A stretch of 64,000 bases of DNA from Rhodothermaceae bacterium (GCA_009838195.1 VXSC01000027.1:64506-128505); one strand, 5' to 3'. Shown: positions 1 through 8,466, numbered from the stretch's first letter. The notes: a model not told the origin generated them from the letters alone. A program made the numbers and translations.

Positions 1-294
1 GGAACCGCAGATGTTTACGCGACCGCTGGTCGTCGGAGGCAGATAGCGTCAGGCCATATTTCAGACTGGGCAGGTATCGCCACCGATGTGTTTATCGGAA
101 CGTGGTCGGTAGCTTGCAATGAATGCGAACTGGGTTCTATTGTGGCCGGAAATTTGTTCTTTTCGTAGTGAAGTTTTGAGTTCTTCACGGCATATCACAT
201 GGTTTTCCCTGGAGTACATCTTGTGGATTGATCTGACGTCAGGAGCGTTCAATCTGGAAGTTGGCTAACTTTGCCCTTAAGGATTTGGGGTATC

Positions 295-1881
295 ATGAAT
301 AACCTGTGTGAATTACTGCGTACGCTGCCCCAGTACGAATTGCTCAGAGCAGTGGGCGAGGAAGCCCAGAGCCAAAAATTGGAGGTTTATGCGGTCGGAG
401 GATTTGTTCGCGACGCAATTCTTGGGCGTCCAACGACAGATATAGATTTTGTGACGCTGGGGCAGGGATCCGGGATCCAGTTAGCCCGTGCGATAAGTAC
501 CCATCTGGGTGGCACGGTTGCCCATGTCTATCCGAAATTTGGAACAGCTGCAGTTCGAGTGAAAGATGTAGTTCTGGAGTTCGTAGCTGCTCGGCGCGAG
601 AGTTACCGAAAAGATTCCCGCAAGCCCATTGTGGAGGATGGTACGCTTGAGGATGATCTGCTTCGGCGGGATTTTACGGTGAATGCGTTGGCGGTCAGCC
701 TCTCTGGAGAGCTGCCGTTCGGAGAACTCCTGGATCCATTTGGCGGACTGAAGGATCTGGATGCAGGGAAGCTTCGAACCCCCAGACCACCAAGGGTGAC
801 GTTTGCAGATGATCCGCTACGAATGATTCGGGCTGCCCGGTTTGCGACTCAGCTGAGCTTTCGCATTGACCAAGAGACGCGAAAGGGGATGAAGCAGGAA
901 GCGAAACGTCTCGAAATTGTGAGCCAGGAAAGGATCACCGATGAGTTGCATAAAATTATGGCTAGCTCGGAACCCTCCGGGGGCTTGAAAATTTTGGAAG
1001 AAACAGGACTTTTACGCGAATTTTTCCCAGAGCTCAGTGCACTCAGAGGTGTTGATACGGTGGCAGGACAGCGCCATAAGGATAACTTTTATCATACCCT
1101 CCAGGTGGTAGATAATGTTGTCGCAACGGCCCCACCAGATCGATACTGGTTACGCTGGGCAGCGCTGTTGCATGACGTGGGTAAACCGCAAACCAAACGC
1201 TTTGCCCCCGGGAGTGGCTGGACATTTCATGGTCATGAAGATCGCGGTTCGAGAATGGTACCAAAGCTTTTCAGGAAACTGCGTCTACCGACAGATGAGC
1301 GAATGGCGTATGTCCAAAAGCTGGTGGCTTTGCATCACAGGCCGGTTGCACTTGTAGATGATGAAGTTACAGATTCCGCAATTCGGCGACTATTATTTGA
1401 TGCCGGTGAAGATATTGATGATCTGATGATTCTGGTTCGGGCAGATATTACATCCCGCAATCCGCAACGCGTGAGGCGTTATCTGCGGGCATTTGATTCG
1501 GTGGCCCGTAAGTTTGAAGAGGTGGAGGCGAAGGATCAGCTGCGGAATTTTCAACCACCGCTCGACGGAGAGGAGATAATGGAAGTGGTTGGGATCAGGG
1601 CCGGCGTGGCAGTCGGAATCATCAAGCTTGCAGTCCGTGAAGCGATTTTGGATGGGAAAATCCCGAATGAACACGATGCTGCCTTTGCATTGATGATGCA
1701 GATCAAGGATGACGCATTGCGCCGGGCCAAGCTCTATGAAGAGGTGGTGTTGTCCATGCCCGTGAGCGAGCGGCCCGCGGCCTATGCCCTAAAGCAGGAA
1801 ATCATGACCGGTGACATTCCGGAGGATCACCACGTGGCTTTAGAACACCTGGAGTCTATAAAAGCGCGGCTACTGGCCTGA
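295..1881 (+). CDS. tRNA nucleotidyltransferase / poly(A) polymerase family protein with HD domain (CCA-adding enzyme-like)
   Basis: ORF 271..1881 begins at TTG; first ATG is at 295 (MNNLCELL). Pol-beta head motifs GGFVRDAILGRPTTDIDF and RDFTVNAL. HD-type motifs ALLHDVGKP and LHHRP. Confidence 0.8.
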   Translation: MNNLCELLRTLPQYELLRAVGEEAQSQKLEVYAVGGFVRDAILGRPTTDIDFVTLGQGSGIQLARAISTHLGGTVAHVYPKFGTAAVRVKDVVLEFVAARRESYRKDSRKPIVEDGTLEDDLLRRDFTVNALAVSLSGELPFGELLDPFGGLKDLDAGKLRTPRPPRVTFADDPLRMIRAARFATQLSFRIDQETRKGMKQEAKRLEIVSQERITDELHKIMASSEPSGGLKILEETGLLREFFPELSALRGVDTVAGQRHKDNFYHTLQVVDNVVATAPPDRYWLRWAALLHDVGKPQTKRFAPGSGWTFHGHEDRGSRMVPKLFRKLRLPTDERMAYVQKLVALHHRPVALVDDEVTDSAIRRLLFDAGEDIDDLMILVRADITSRNPQRVRRYLRAFDSVARKFEEVEAKDQLRNFQPPLDGEEIMEVVGIRAGVAVGIIKLAVREAILDGKIPNEHDAAFALMMQIKDDALRRAKLYEEVVLSMPVSERPAAYALKQEIMTGDIPEDHHVALEHLESIKARLLA

Positions 1882-2268
1882 TGCGCCGGGGCGTACATCC
1901 CAGATTAGCATCTGCTCGATGTTGGCGTAGTCTTCTTCTCCATCAGGATCCGTAAAGGAATAATCCCCGAGCATCGTGCGCGCCATGGGACTCAATCGTT
2001 TCCAGAGAATCCCTTCTTGATCCTCGAACTCGTCAGGAAACGGGCTGGGAACCTCATAATTGGGATGATAGGTCTTATACGTTTTGTGTGCCTGATAAAT
2101 TGCTGACCGGCGTGCCCCGGGCTCTGAGACACTGGAGCCCGTGACTTCAAATGGGCTCACTGTGATTGTGGCAATCACGGTCCCGTCTTCAGCCTCTTCA
2201 TACTCCGGACGCATGACCTCAAAATCCAAAGGTTTGGGATAGGCGCTCCGTTCGTCAAAATCAACCAT
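1870..2268 (-). CDS. hypothetical acidic protein (132 aa), no recognised family
   Basis: Clean ATG-to-stop ORF, convergent with and overlapping the end of the upstream gene by 12 nt, and divergent from nrdJ. Asp/Glu-rich. No motif recognised. Confidence 0.45.
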   Translation of the reverse strand: MVDFDERSAYPKPLDFEVMRPEYEEAEDGTVIATITVSPFEVTGSSVSEPGARRSAIYQAHKTYKTYHPNYEVPSPFPDEFEDQEGILWKRLSPMARTMLGDYSFTDPDGEEDYANIEQMLIWDVRPGASGQ

Positions 2269-2351
2269 TTTTTTCTCCGTTTAGGGCGGTTTTACCCGTG
2301 CATAGGGGGGCAAGTTCGGTTTTTATTTATCCACACCAATTGGTGAGTTTC

Positions 2352-2390
2352 CAGTGAATTCTCTGTGCGATTCTGTGTGATCCTGTGAAT
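2352..2390. promoter_or_regulatory. helically phased direct repeats (CAGTG/CTGTG cores at 10-11 bp spacing)
   Basis: ccagtgaatt ctctgtgcga ttctgtgtga tcctgtgaat: CTGTG at 2363, 2373 and 2383, plus CAGTG at 2352. Lies in the divergent intergenic region between the 1870..2268 gene and nrdJ. Confidence 0.3.
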
Positions 2391-2532
2391 AGGACGAAGT
2401 GACTTGAAATAACGGCATTGTATTCTTTGAAAACCATCTAATTCCCCAGAAAACAAACAAGATGAAATTATTATCTGAATCGGAACAAAAATATTAATGG
2501 CATTTATGAAAAATTTTCCTTATTATTCCGGA

Positions 2533-2568
2533 GCATGTTACAATATGTAACTACATATTGTAACATGC
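2533..2568. promoter_or_regulatory. 36-bp perfect palindrome upstream of nrdJ (candidate operator or 5' UTR hairpin)
   Basis: GCATGTTACAATATGTA-AC-TACATATTGTAACATGC: 17-bp perfect inverted arms with a 2-bp spacer, ending 49 nt before the nrdJ ATG. Confidence 0.45.
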
Positions 2569-2616
2569 CCCCCGACCTGACCGTCACACATTTATGTCAA
2601 TACCTGAGCTCTAGCC

Positions 2617-5577
2617 ATGAAATCCTCTTCTGCCAAATCTACTACAAAGCCATCGTCTGCGACTTTCCAGAAAGGACTGTCTGTCAAACGTGTTTTCTCC
2701 AACGAAGGGGAGAATGCACTTGATTCGCTCGAATGGGAAAAGCGAGATGCTGCAATCAAAAATCCTCAAGGAGAGTCCGTATTTGAGCAAAGAGGTGTGG
2801 AGTTCCCAAAAAACTGGAGTGCCCTGGCGACGAATGTAGTCGCTTCGAAGTACTTCTATGGAGATCTGGCCAATGTCCATATGGAGCCGGATGAAGGAGG
2901 ACGTGAGCATTCCTTGCGTCAATTAATTCACCGCGTGACTCGAACGATTGCAGACTGGGGGGCAGATCAGGATTACTTTGCCACCCGGGAAGATGCAGAT
3001 CGGTTCCATGACGAGTTGACCTGGCTTTGTGTGAACCAGTACGGTGCCTTCAATTCGCCGGTGTGGTTCAACGTTGGCCTGCATGATCGCTATGGAGTGA
3101 GCGATTCTGGAGACAGAAAGATTTGGGGCTGGAATGCAGAAAAAGAGGAGGTCGCGGATGTAGACCCTTACGAGTATCCACAGGGGTCGGCCTGCTTCAT
3201 CATTTCCGTGGAAGATTCGATTGATGATATCTGGAAATTGATGAGTGAGAGTGCACGTCTGTTCAAGTTTGGGTCTGGGGTAGGGGCAGATTGGTCTACG
3301 CTTCGGTCAACGCATGAAAAATTGTCGGGGGGTGGTATTCCCAGTGGGCCGGTGAGTTTTATGCGCGTGCAGGATGCAACCGGGGGAACCATCAAGAGTG
3401 GTGGGAAGACACGTCGGGCTGCAATCATGCAGACGCTGAAAATCTGGCATCCAGATGTGGAGGAATTTATTAACTCCAAAAAAGAGGAAGAGAAAAAGGC
3501 TTGGGCGTTGATTGAGCAGGGATATGACGGATCATTTAATGGTCCGGCATATGGCTCTGTAGCGTTTCAGAATGTGAACCAGTCGGTGCGGCTGGATGAC
3601 GAGTTCATGAAGGCGGTGGAATTGGGGACTCCGTTTGCACTCCGCACAGTCACAACAGGGGAAGTAGTCCGGCAGGTTGATGCCAACATGCTCCTTGATC
3701 AGATTGCCGAGGGAACTCATATCTGTGGCGATCCGGGGGTGCAGTACGAAGACATCATCCAGAAGTGGCACACCTGCAAAACAACCGGTCCCATTAACTC
3801 AAGCAATCCCTGCTCGGAGTACATGTTTCTGGACAACTCCGCGTGCAACTTGGCCAGTCTGAACCTGCGCAAGTTTCAAGAGGAGGATGGTTCGTTTAAT
3901 GTTGAGCGCTTCAGAGCTGCAGTACGGATCTACATTACTGCAATGGAGATCATTGTGGATAACGCCGGGTACCCGAGTGAAAGCATTGCTAGAAACAGTC
4001 ATCTTTTCCGCCCATTGGGACTCGGCTTCGCCAACCTAGGTGCACTCCTGATGGCCATGGGGCTCCCCTATGACAGTGATCAAGGGCGTGCGGTTGCTGG
4101 TGCGATCATGGCGATTGAACACGCAGAAGCGTACGCTCGAAGTGCGGAGATTGCGGGCAATCCCAAGATCGGTCCCTTTGCCGGCTATGAAGAGAATCGT
4201 GAGAGCATGCTCGAGGTCATGCGCATGCATCGCGATGCTGCGAATGAGATCGACGAAAGTTGCCCTGAATATCTGCGTAGCGCTGCAGAGGAATCGTTGG
4301 ATCGAATGGTTACACTCGGAGAGCGTTATGGTTTTCGCAATTCACAGGTAACCGTGCTTGCCCCGACAGGAACGATTGCCTTCATGATGGACTGTGACAC
4401 CACCGGGATTGAGCCGGATATCGCGCTCGTAAAATACAAGTTGTTGGCGGGTAAGGGGGATGGCACGCTCAAAATTGTCAATCGCACCGTGCCGGAGGCG
4501 CTCACTCGTCTAGGGTATGATGAAGAGCAGATCGAGAAGATCCTTGCGTATATCGATGAGCATGATACGATTGAGGGGGCACCAGATCTGAATGAAGCAG
4601 ACTTGCCGGTCTTCGATTGTGCATTCAAGCCCTTTAACGGGACCCGTAGCGTGCACTTCATGGGGCATATTCGTATGATGGCAGCCTGCCAGCCGTTTGT
4701 ATCTGGTGCAATCTCCAAGACGGTGAATATGCCTGAGGAGGTCACCTCAGTGGAAATCGGGGAGGCCTATATGGAAGGCTGGCGCTTGGGCTTGAAAGCA
4801 TTGGCCATCTACCGCGAAAACTCCAAGCGCAGTCAGCCGTTATCCACATCCGAAGGCGGTAACACCAAAAACGCTGCCTCGGGAGATGGATTGCCAGCGG
4901 AAGCGGAAATTGTCAGTCCCCGTGTTACGTACAAGTCGACGCGTAAGCGCCTTCCTGATGAGCGGCCTGCCCTTACACATAAATTCAGTGTTAGTGGTCA
5001 CGAAGGGTATCTGCATGTGGGGCTCTATCCTGATACAGAACTGCCAGGCGAAATCTTCATCCGGATGGCAAAGGAAGGATCAACGATTTCCGGGCTGATG
5101 GATGCCTTTGCCACGAGTATCTCAATTGCTTTGCAGTATGGGGTGCCACTGGAAGATCTATGTGCCAAGTTCAGCTTTATGCGCTTTGAGCCGAGTGGGT
5201 ACACGAATAATCGGAAGATCCCGATGGCGATGTCCATCATGGATTATATCTTCCGGTATCTGTCACTCACTTTCCTGGAGAAGCCAGTTATCCCGGAGGT
5301 CATCAAAAATGCGGTTCAGGATATTGAGGAAGATGTACAGGGACAATGGGATGCAGAAGACGTAAAGGAGCTGTCGGTGCAATCAGAGACAGTTCCGGTG
5401 AGTTCTCCTCAGAAGGCAGAAGCGGTTGTTGGGGCCACGGAAGCAGTAGGTGTTGAGAACGGTACGTATCAGAATCAGGACGATGCGCCGATTTGTTCAA
5501 CCTGTGGGGCGATTACGGTGCGCAGCGGTGCTTGCTACGTCTGCTCACAGTGTGGGAGCTCTAGTGGTTGTGGGTGA
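2617..5577 (+). CDS. nrdJ: adenosylcobalamin-dependent (class II) ribonucleoside-diphosphate/triphosphate reductase
   Basis: 986 aa. Typical class II RNR blocks (NSPVWFNVG, QGSACFI, GSGVGADWSTLR, NPCSEYMFLDNSACNLASLNL, AISKTVNMP). C-terminal Cys-rich tail CSTCGAITVRSGACYVCSQCGSSSGCG. Confidence 0.93.
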   Translation: MKSSSAKSTTKPSSATFQKGLSVKRVFSNEGENALDSLEWEKRDAAIKNPQGESVFEQRGVEFPKNWSALATNVVASKYFYGDLANVHMEPDEGGREHSLRQLIHRVTRTIADWGADQDYFATREDADRFHDELTWLCVNQYGAFNSPVWFNVGLHDRYGVSDSGDRKIWGWNAEKEEVADVDPYEYPQGSACFIISVEDSIDDIWKLMSESARLFKFGSGVGADWSTLRSTHEKLSGGGIPSGPVSFMRVQDATGGTIKSGGKTRRAAIMQTLKIWHPDVEEFINSKKEEEKKAWALIEQGYDGSFNGPAYGSVAFQNVNQSVRLDDEFMKAVELGTPFALRTVTTGEVVRQVDANMLLDQIAEGTHICGDPGVQYEDIIQKWHTCKTTGPINSSNPCSEYMFLDNSACNLASLNLRKFQEEDGSFNVERFRAAVRIYITAMEIIVDNAGYPSESIARNSHLFRPLGLGFANLGALLMAMGLPYDSDQGRAVAGAIMAIEHAEAYARSAEIAGNPKIGPFAGYEENRESMLEVMRMHRDAANEIDESCPEYLRSAAEESLDRMVTLGERYGFRNSQVTVLAPTGTIAFMMDCDTTGIEPDIALVKYKLLAGKGDGTLKIVNRTVPEALTRLGYDEEQIEKILAYIDEHDTIEGAPDLNEADLPVFDCAFKPFNGTRSVHFMGHIRMMAACQPFVSGAISKTVNMPEEVTSVEIGEAYMEGWRLGLKALAIYRENSKRSQPLSTSEGGNTKNAASGDGLPAEAEIVSPRVTYKSTRKRLPDERPALTHKFSVSGHEGYLHVGLYPDTELPGEIFIRMAKEGSTISGLMDAFATSISIALQYGVPLEDLCAKFSFMRFEPSGYTNNRKIPMAMSIMDYIFRYLSLTFLEKPVIPEVIKNAVQDIEEDVQGQWDAEDVKELSVQSETVPVSSPQKAEAVVGATEAVGVENGTYQNQDDAPICSTCGAITVRSGACYVCSQCGSSSGCG

Positions 5578-5633
5578 GTGGCATAGAGCCATACGAACGG
5601 ATTAGAGGGCTTTTGTCCATGTCAGGGTGGACG

Positions 5634-5689
5634 TTTCACGGCATGTACCACAACTCGAGTGGGGAACGCCCTTTCGCATGTCCGTGAAA
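5634..5689 (+). terminator. long imperfect hairpin downstream of nrdJ (possible terminator or structured RNA)
   Basis: TTTCACGGCATG (5634..5645) pairs with CATGtCCGTGAAA (5677..5689): 12 bp with one bulge and a 31-nt loop containing CCAC..CTCGAG..GTGG. No U-run follows. Confidence 0.3.
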
Positions 5690-6163
5690 TGGGCACGCTG
5701 GAGAAAATGTAGCATATGGCAATGGGCGTCGTAGACGAACGACCTGTACACAAGTAGATGATGGTGCAATGCACAAACTCAAACGTCCTGCCCCCACAAC
5801 AATAGGCGAAGCACTAGACCAGTACTTCACCAAGCCCGAAGCAGTATGGGTCACGCTGAACTGAATCAGACCAAGCAGTTCATTCTTGCCAACCCTGACA
5901 GCTCTGCAAGGTTGCTCCTCAATAGCAGGGATACGTGAGCAGCTTGTGGACTAGGAGCTGGCAGCAGTGATTGGAGAGCGGGATTTTGTGGAGGACCTTA
6001 ATTCGTGATCAGAATGAGGGGTTCTCCAAGGCTTGTGAGCTGTACTTGTTGCGGAATCTGAGTCGCTATGGGCAATTTAATGTCATTGTCCAAGTAGTCG
6101 TTGATGTGTCCATACTTCTATCCGATGAGGAATGAGAACTTATATCTTCCCCTCTTAGTACAC

Positions 6164-6195
6164 ATGTTGTAATATATTTTGCATTATTACAACAT
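6164..6195. promoter_or_regulatory. 32-bp palindrome overlapping the putative promoter of the 6206 gene
   Basis: ATGTTGTAATA-TATTTTGCAT-TATTACAACAT: 11-bp perfect arms. The spacer contains TATATTTTG, close to the Bacteroidetes -7 element TAnnTTTG. Ends 11 nt before ATG 6206. Confidence 0.4.
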
Positions 6196-6205
6196 TAGTA
6201 TAAAA

Positions 6206-6544
6206 ATGTCGGATTGGAATCTTAACCAAGGTCGCTTCAAAAAAGTGAATGAACCATTGAATCAGTTAGAACAGCTCTTCAAGACCTTTTTTGAAGAGCA
6301 GTTCGCGAACGCCAAAGTTGAGTTAATTCAGGTTCGAGAGCCATTTCCATTTGAAGACGAGGATTATTTTCGTGTAAAATTCGTTTATAGCTCAACGGGG
6401 GAACTTGACCCTGAGCATTCGCTGAGTTTTATTAGACTGATTCGCCCTAAGCTTGAAGAAATCAATGAGGAACGTTTTCCAGTTCTCTCGTTTATAGAAT
6501 ACGAAGATTATCTTGAGAATAGCCCGGAAGGCGTAGTCGTTTGA
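6206..6544 (+). CDS. hypothetical small acidic protein (112 aa)
   Basis: ORF 6179..6544; ATG at 6206 (MSDWNLNQ). AT-rich codon usage unlike the flanks. No intact signature motif. Confidence 0.5.
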   Translation: MSDWNLNQGRFKKVNEPLNQLEQLFKTFFEEQFANAKVELIQVREPFPFEDEDYFRVKFVYSSTGELDPEHSLSFIRLIRPKLEEINEERFPVLSFIEYEDYLENSPEGVVV

Positions 6545-6856
6545 CTAGGTATTTAGCTGTAAATTTCCGAGGCTAAGGTCGCGAGCATCTGCGGTACATA
6601 CGACGAGAATTAGGAGGTATTAGCTCACTTCATGGAAGTTGTTTTGGGGCTATAGAGTAGATTAATTCCTCCTGTAAAACTTACCCAATTGAAGATTTGT
6701 ATTGCTTCATGATCATCTACAGGCACCTTCCTCTAGTCTTTATAGTAACTCGTGAGAACATCTCGGGATTCAGTTTAGAAAAGGCGATTCCCGTATGGTC
6801 ATAGCGCCAAAGAACGGAGAAGAGTCTTACTGGATCTCTGATTGATTGTGAGCTAT

Positions 6857-7327
6857 ATGACTCCCTTACATTTTATCAGAACTGCAAGGAAGCTGGCGAG
6901 AGGGCGGGGAGGGAAGCCTCAGCAGGTTGATTTACGTCGAGCAGTTAGCACAGCTTATTATGCCTTGTTTCATTGCGCTGCGAAAGCATACGCGGATGCA
7001 CTTATTGGAACTGCCAGAACCAGAAATAATTTAGCTTGGAAGCAAGCTTATTGATCCCTGGTTCATGCTCAGGTGGCACGTTGTTGCAACAGAAAGGAGA
7101 TCATGGAGCAATTCTCTCCTGAAATTCAGGAATTTGGTCATGTATTTTCGATCTTACAGTCCAAGCGATATAATGCAGATTATGATCCAAGTGAGACCTT
7201 TCATCGCTCCGAGGTGCTGAAGGATATTAAAGATGCTGAGAATGCGATTACTAATTTTAAGGAGGCCAAACTCTACGAGCGTAAAGCTTTTGTTACGTTC
7301 GCAACAACGAATTTTCGGAAATTATAG
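6857..7327 (+). pseudogene. HEPN-like protein gene interrupted by one in-frame TGA (7052..7054)
   Basis: ORFs 6842..7054 and 7073..7327 are in the same frame and separated only by TGA: ...AWKQAY*SLVHAQVARCC.... HEPN-like blocks RRAVSTAYYALFH and LQSKRYNADYDP. Confidence 0.6.
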
Positions 7328-7593
7328 GTCCTGAAAATTGGATCGAGAATTAGGAATGAATTTGTTGTGATGAGGGAATACTCTAACCAATCTGAAGCAC
7401 GCTTAAGAGTTTGTATGCAAATTCCAAGCGTAGTGATACGGTTCAAGGGAAAATGCGTACTGAAATAATTCTGTCCATTTTGAATAGGTGGCCTCTCCTT
7501 TGAAACGAGGGGTGCAGCGTGATCCATTCAACCCACCAACTCAGGATTAAATTATTGAATGTCGAGGGGCGTGTTATTACTCTTCGTCAGATG

Positions 7594-8466
7594 TCACTTC
7601 TGTTCGGTAATCGCTTTCTCACGGTTGTTTCTCAGTGAATATCCATTTGTGTCTTTCCATTTGTTAGGACCATTTGTGGCCCCACCGCAGCATGTGGCTG
7701 CAGCTGCCGAGGAGGAATCAAAGTGGTGGTCCCTTGAGAAAAGATAACCACCATCTGTCTCTTGCAGTATTTTATCGGTGATGAGTTTTTGCCGTAGGTT
7801 GAAGTAACTCCTCACATGCTTTTTCATGGAAGGCCTCACTTCTGCGCGTGCGATTGATCCCTTTAGAACCCTGAACCCCATATTCTCTTCAAGGCCCTTT
7901 GCATTATAGCCCTTTCCCTTGCAAAAGTAGTGATGGCGGTCATTCTCTGATAAATCGTCAAGCTCGAGAAACGGAACCCCCAGGAGAGGAAGAAGGGACA
8001 GCAACTCGTCCAAGTAACTTTCTAATACGGCTCGGTCCGCCTCTTTAAGCAAGGATTTGGGCGTACCCTTGTTCTGTAGTTCCGACCGCCCAGCTTTCTT
8101 TGCGAACTCTAACAGGCGAGATTCAAGGTACTTCACTTGGGCCTTGTTCAATTGGTATTGGTCTCCATTCGTGGTGAATATGATGGCCTGCTGCCAGAAA
8201 TCCTTGTCGGTGTAATGGGAATCAAGACGTTTTACAACCTGTTCAGACTCACCTACATATAGCATGGGTAGCGAGTCTCCATCGTGGCCGATCAACATAT
8301 AAACACCACTTCGAGAAAACTCATCTCGCTTCTTGGCCTGAGGATAGCTTCCTCTTGGACATACAATACCGAGGCCTATCCAGTTTGACTTCTCAATCAA
8401 GCGCAAGCCTTGTGGATTCCCATCGGCCGCGAATATTTCGATCTTGAAGCCTCTAAGTTTGCTCAT
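7594..8466 (-). CDS. GIY-YIG nuclease family protein with C-terminal DUF4357-like domain
   Basis: 290 aa. GIY-YIG-like GVYMLIG...MLYVGES...RL..H; KAQVKYLESRLLEFA block. C-terminal FDSSSAAAATCCGGATNGPNKWK resembles the DUF4357 tail. Confidence 0.8.
   Translation of the reverse strand: MSKLRGFKIEIFAADGNPQGLRLIEKSNWIGLGIVCPRGSYPQAKKRDEFSRSGVYMLIGHDGDSLPMLYVGESEQVVKRLDSHYTDKDFWQQAIIFTTNGDQYQLNKAQVKYLESRLLEFAKKAGRSELQNKGTPKSLLKEADRAVLESYLDELLSLLPLLGVPFLELDDLSENDRHHYFCKGKGYNAKGLEENMGFRVLKGSIARAEVRPSMKKHVRSYFNLRQKLITDKILQETDGGYLFSRDHHFDSSSAAAATCCGGATNGPNKWKDTNGYSLRNNREKAITEQK

Noticed and set aside
61-252. 63-aa minus-strand ORF at the left edge.
   Set aside because: No motif, an odd composition, and a position in the probable promoter region of the 295..1881 gene. 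The first 60 nt are too short to judge whether another gene ends there.
2290-2360. Cobalamin riboswitch upstream of the B12-dependent nrdJ (string GGTGAGTTTCCAGTG).
   Set aside because: This is an isolated resemblance only, with no GGGAA/GCCACTG core. It lies about 260 nt from the start codon, with the palindrome in between, and B12 repression of a B12-dependent RNR is not expected biologically.
2533-2568. Interpreting the nrdJ palindrome as a canonical pair of NrdR boxes.
   Set aside because: - The recalled NrdR boxes are 16-bp ACACwATATaTwGTGT-like palindromes, usually two of them about 31-32 bp apart.
- Here the sub-sites ACAATATGT/ACATATTGT are 13 bp apart and differ from that consensus.
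- The site is kept as a generic operator or hairpin candidate instead.
2617-5577. Possible intein or mobile insertion in the 986-aa nrdJ.
   Set aside because: RNR blocks are contiguous, no Cys/Ser...HN-Cys/Ser/Thr splice-junction pattern or homing-endonuclease motif was seen, and the length is within the range of monomeric class II RNRs with a C-terminal Cys-rich tail.
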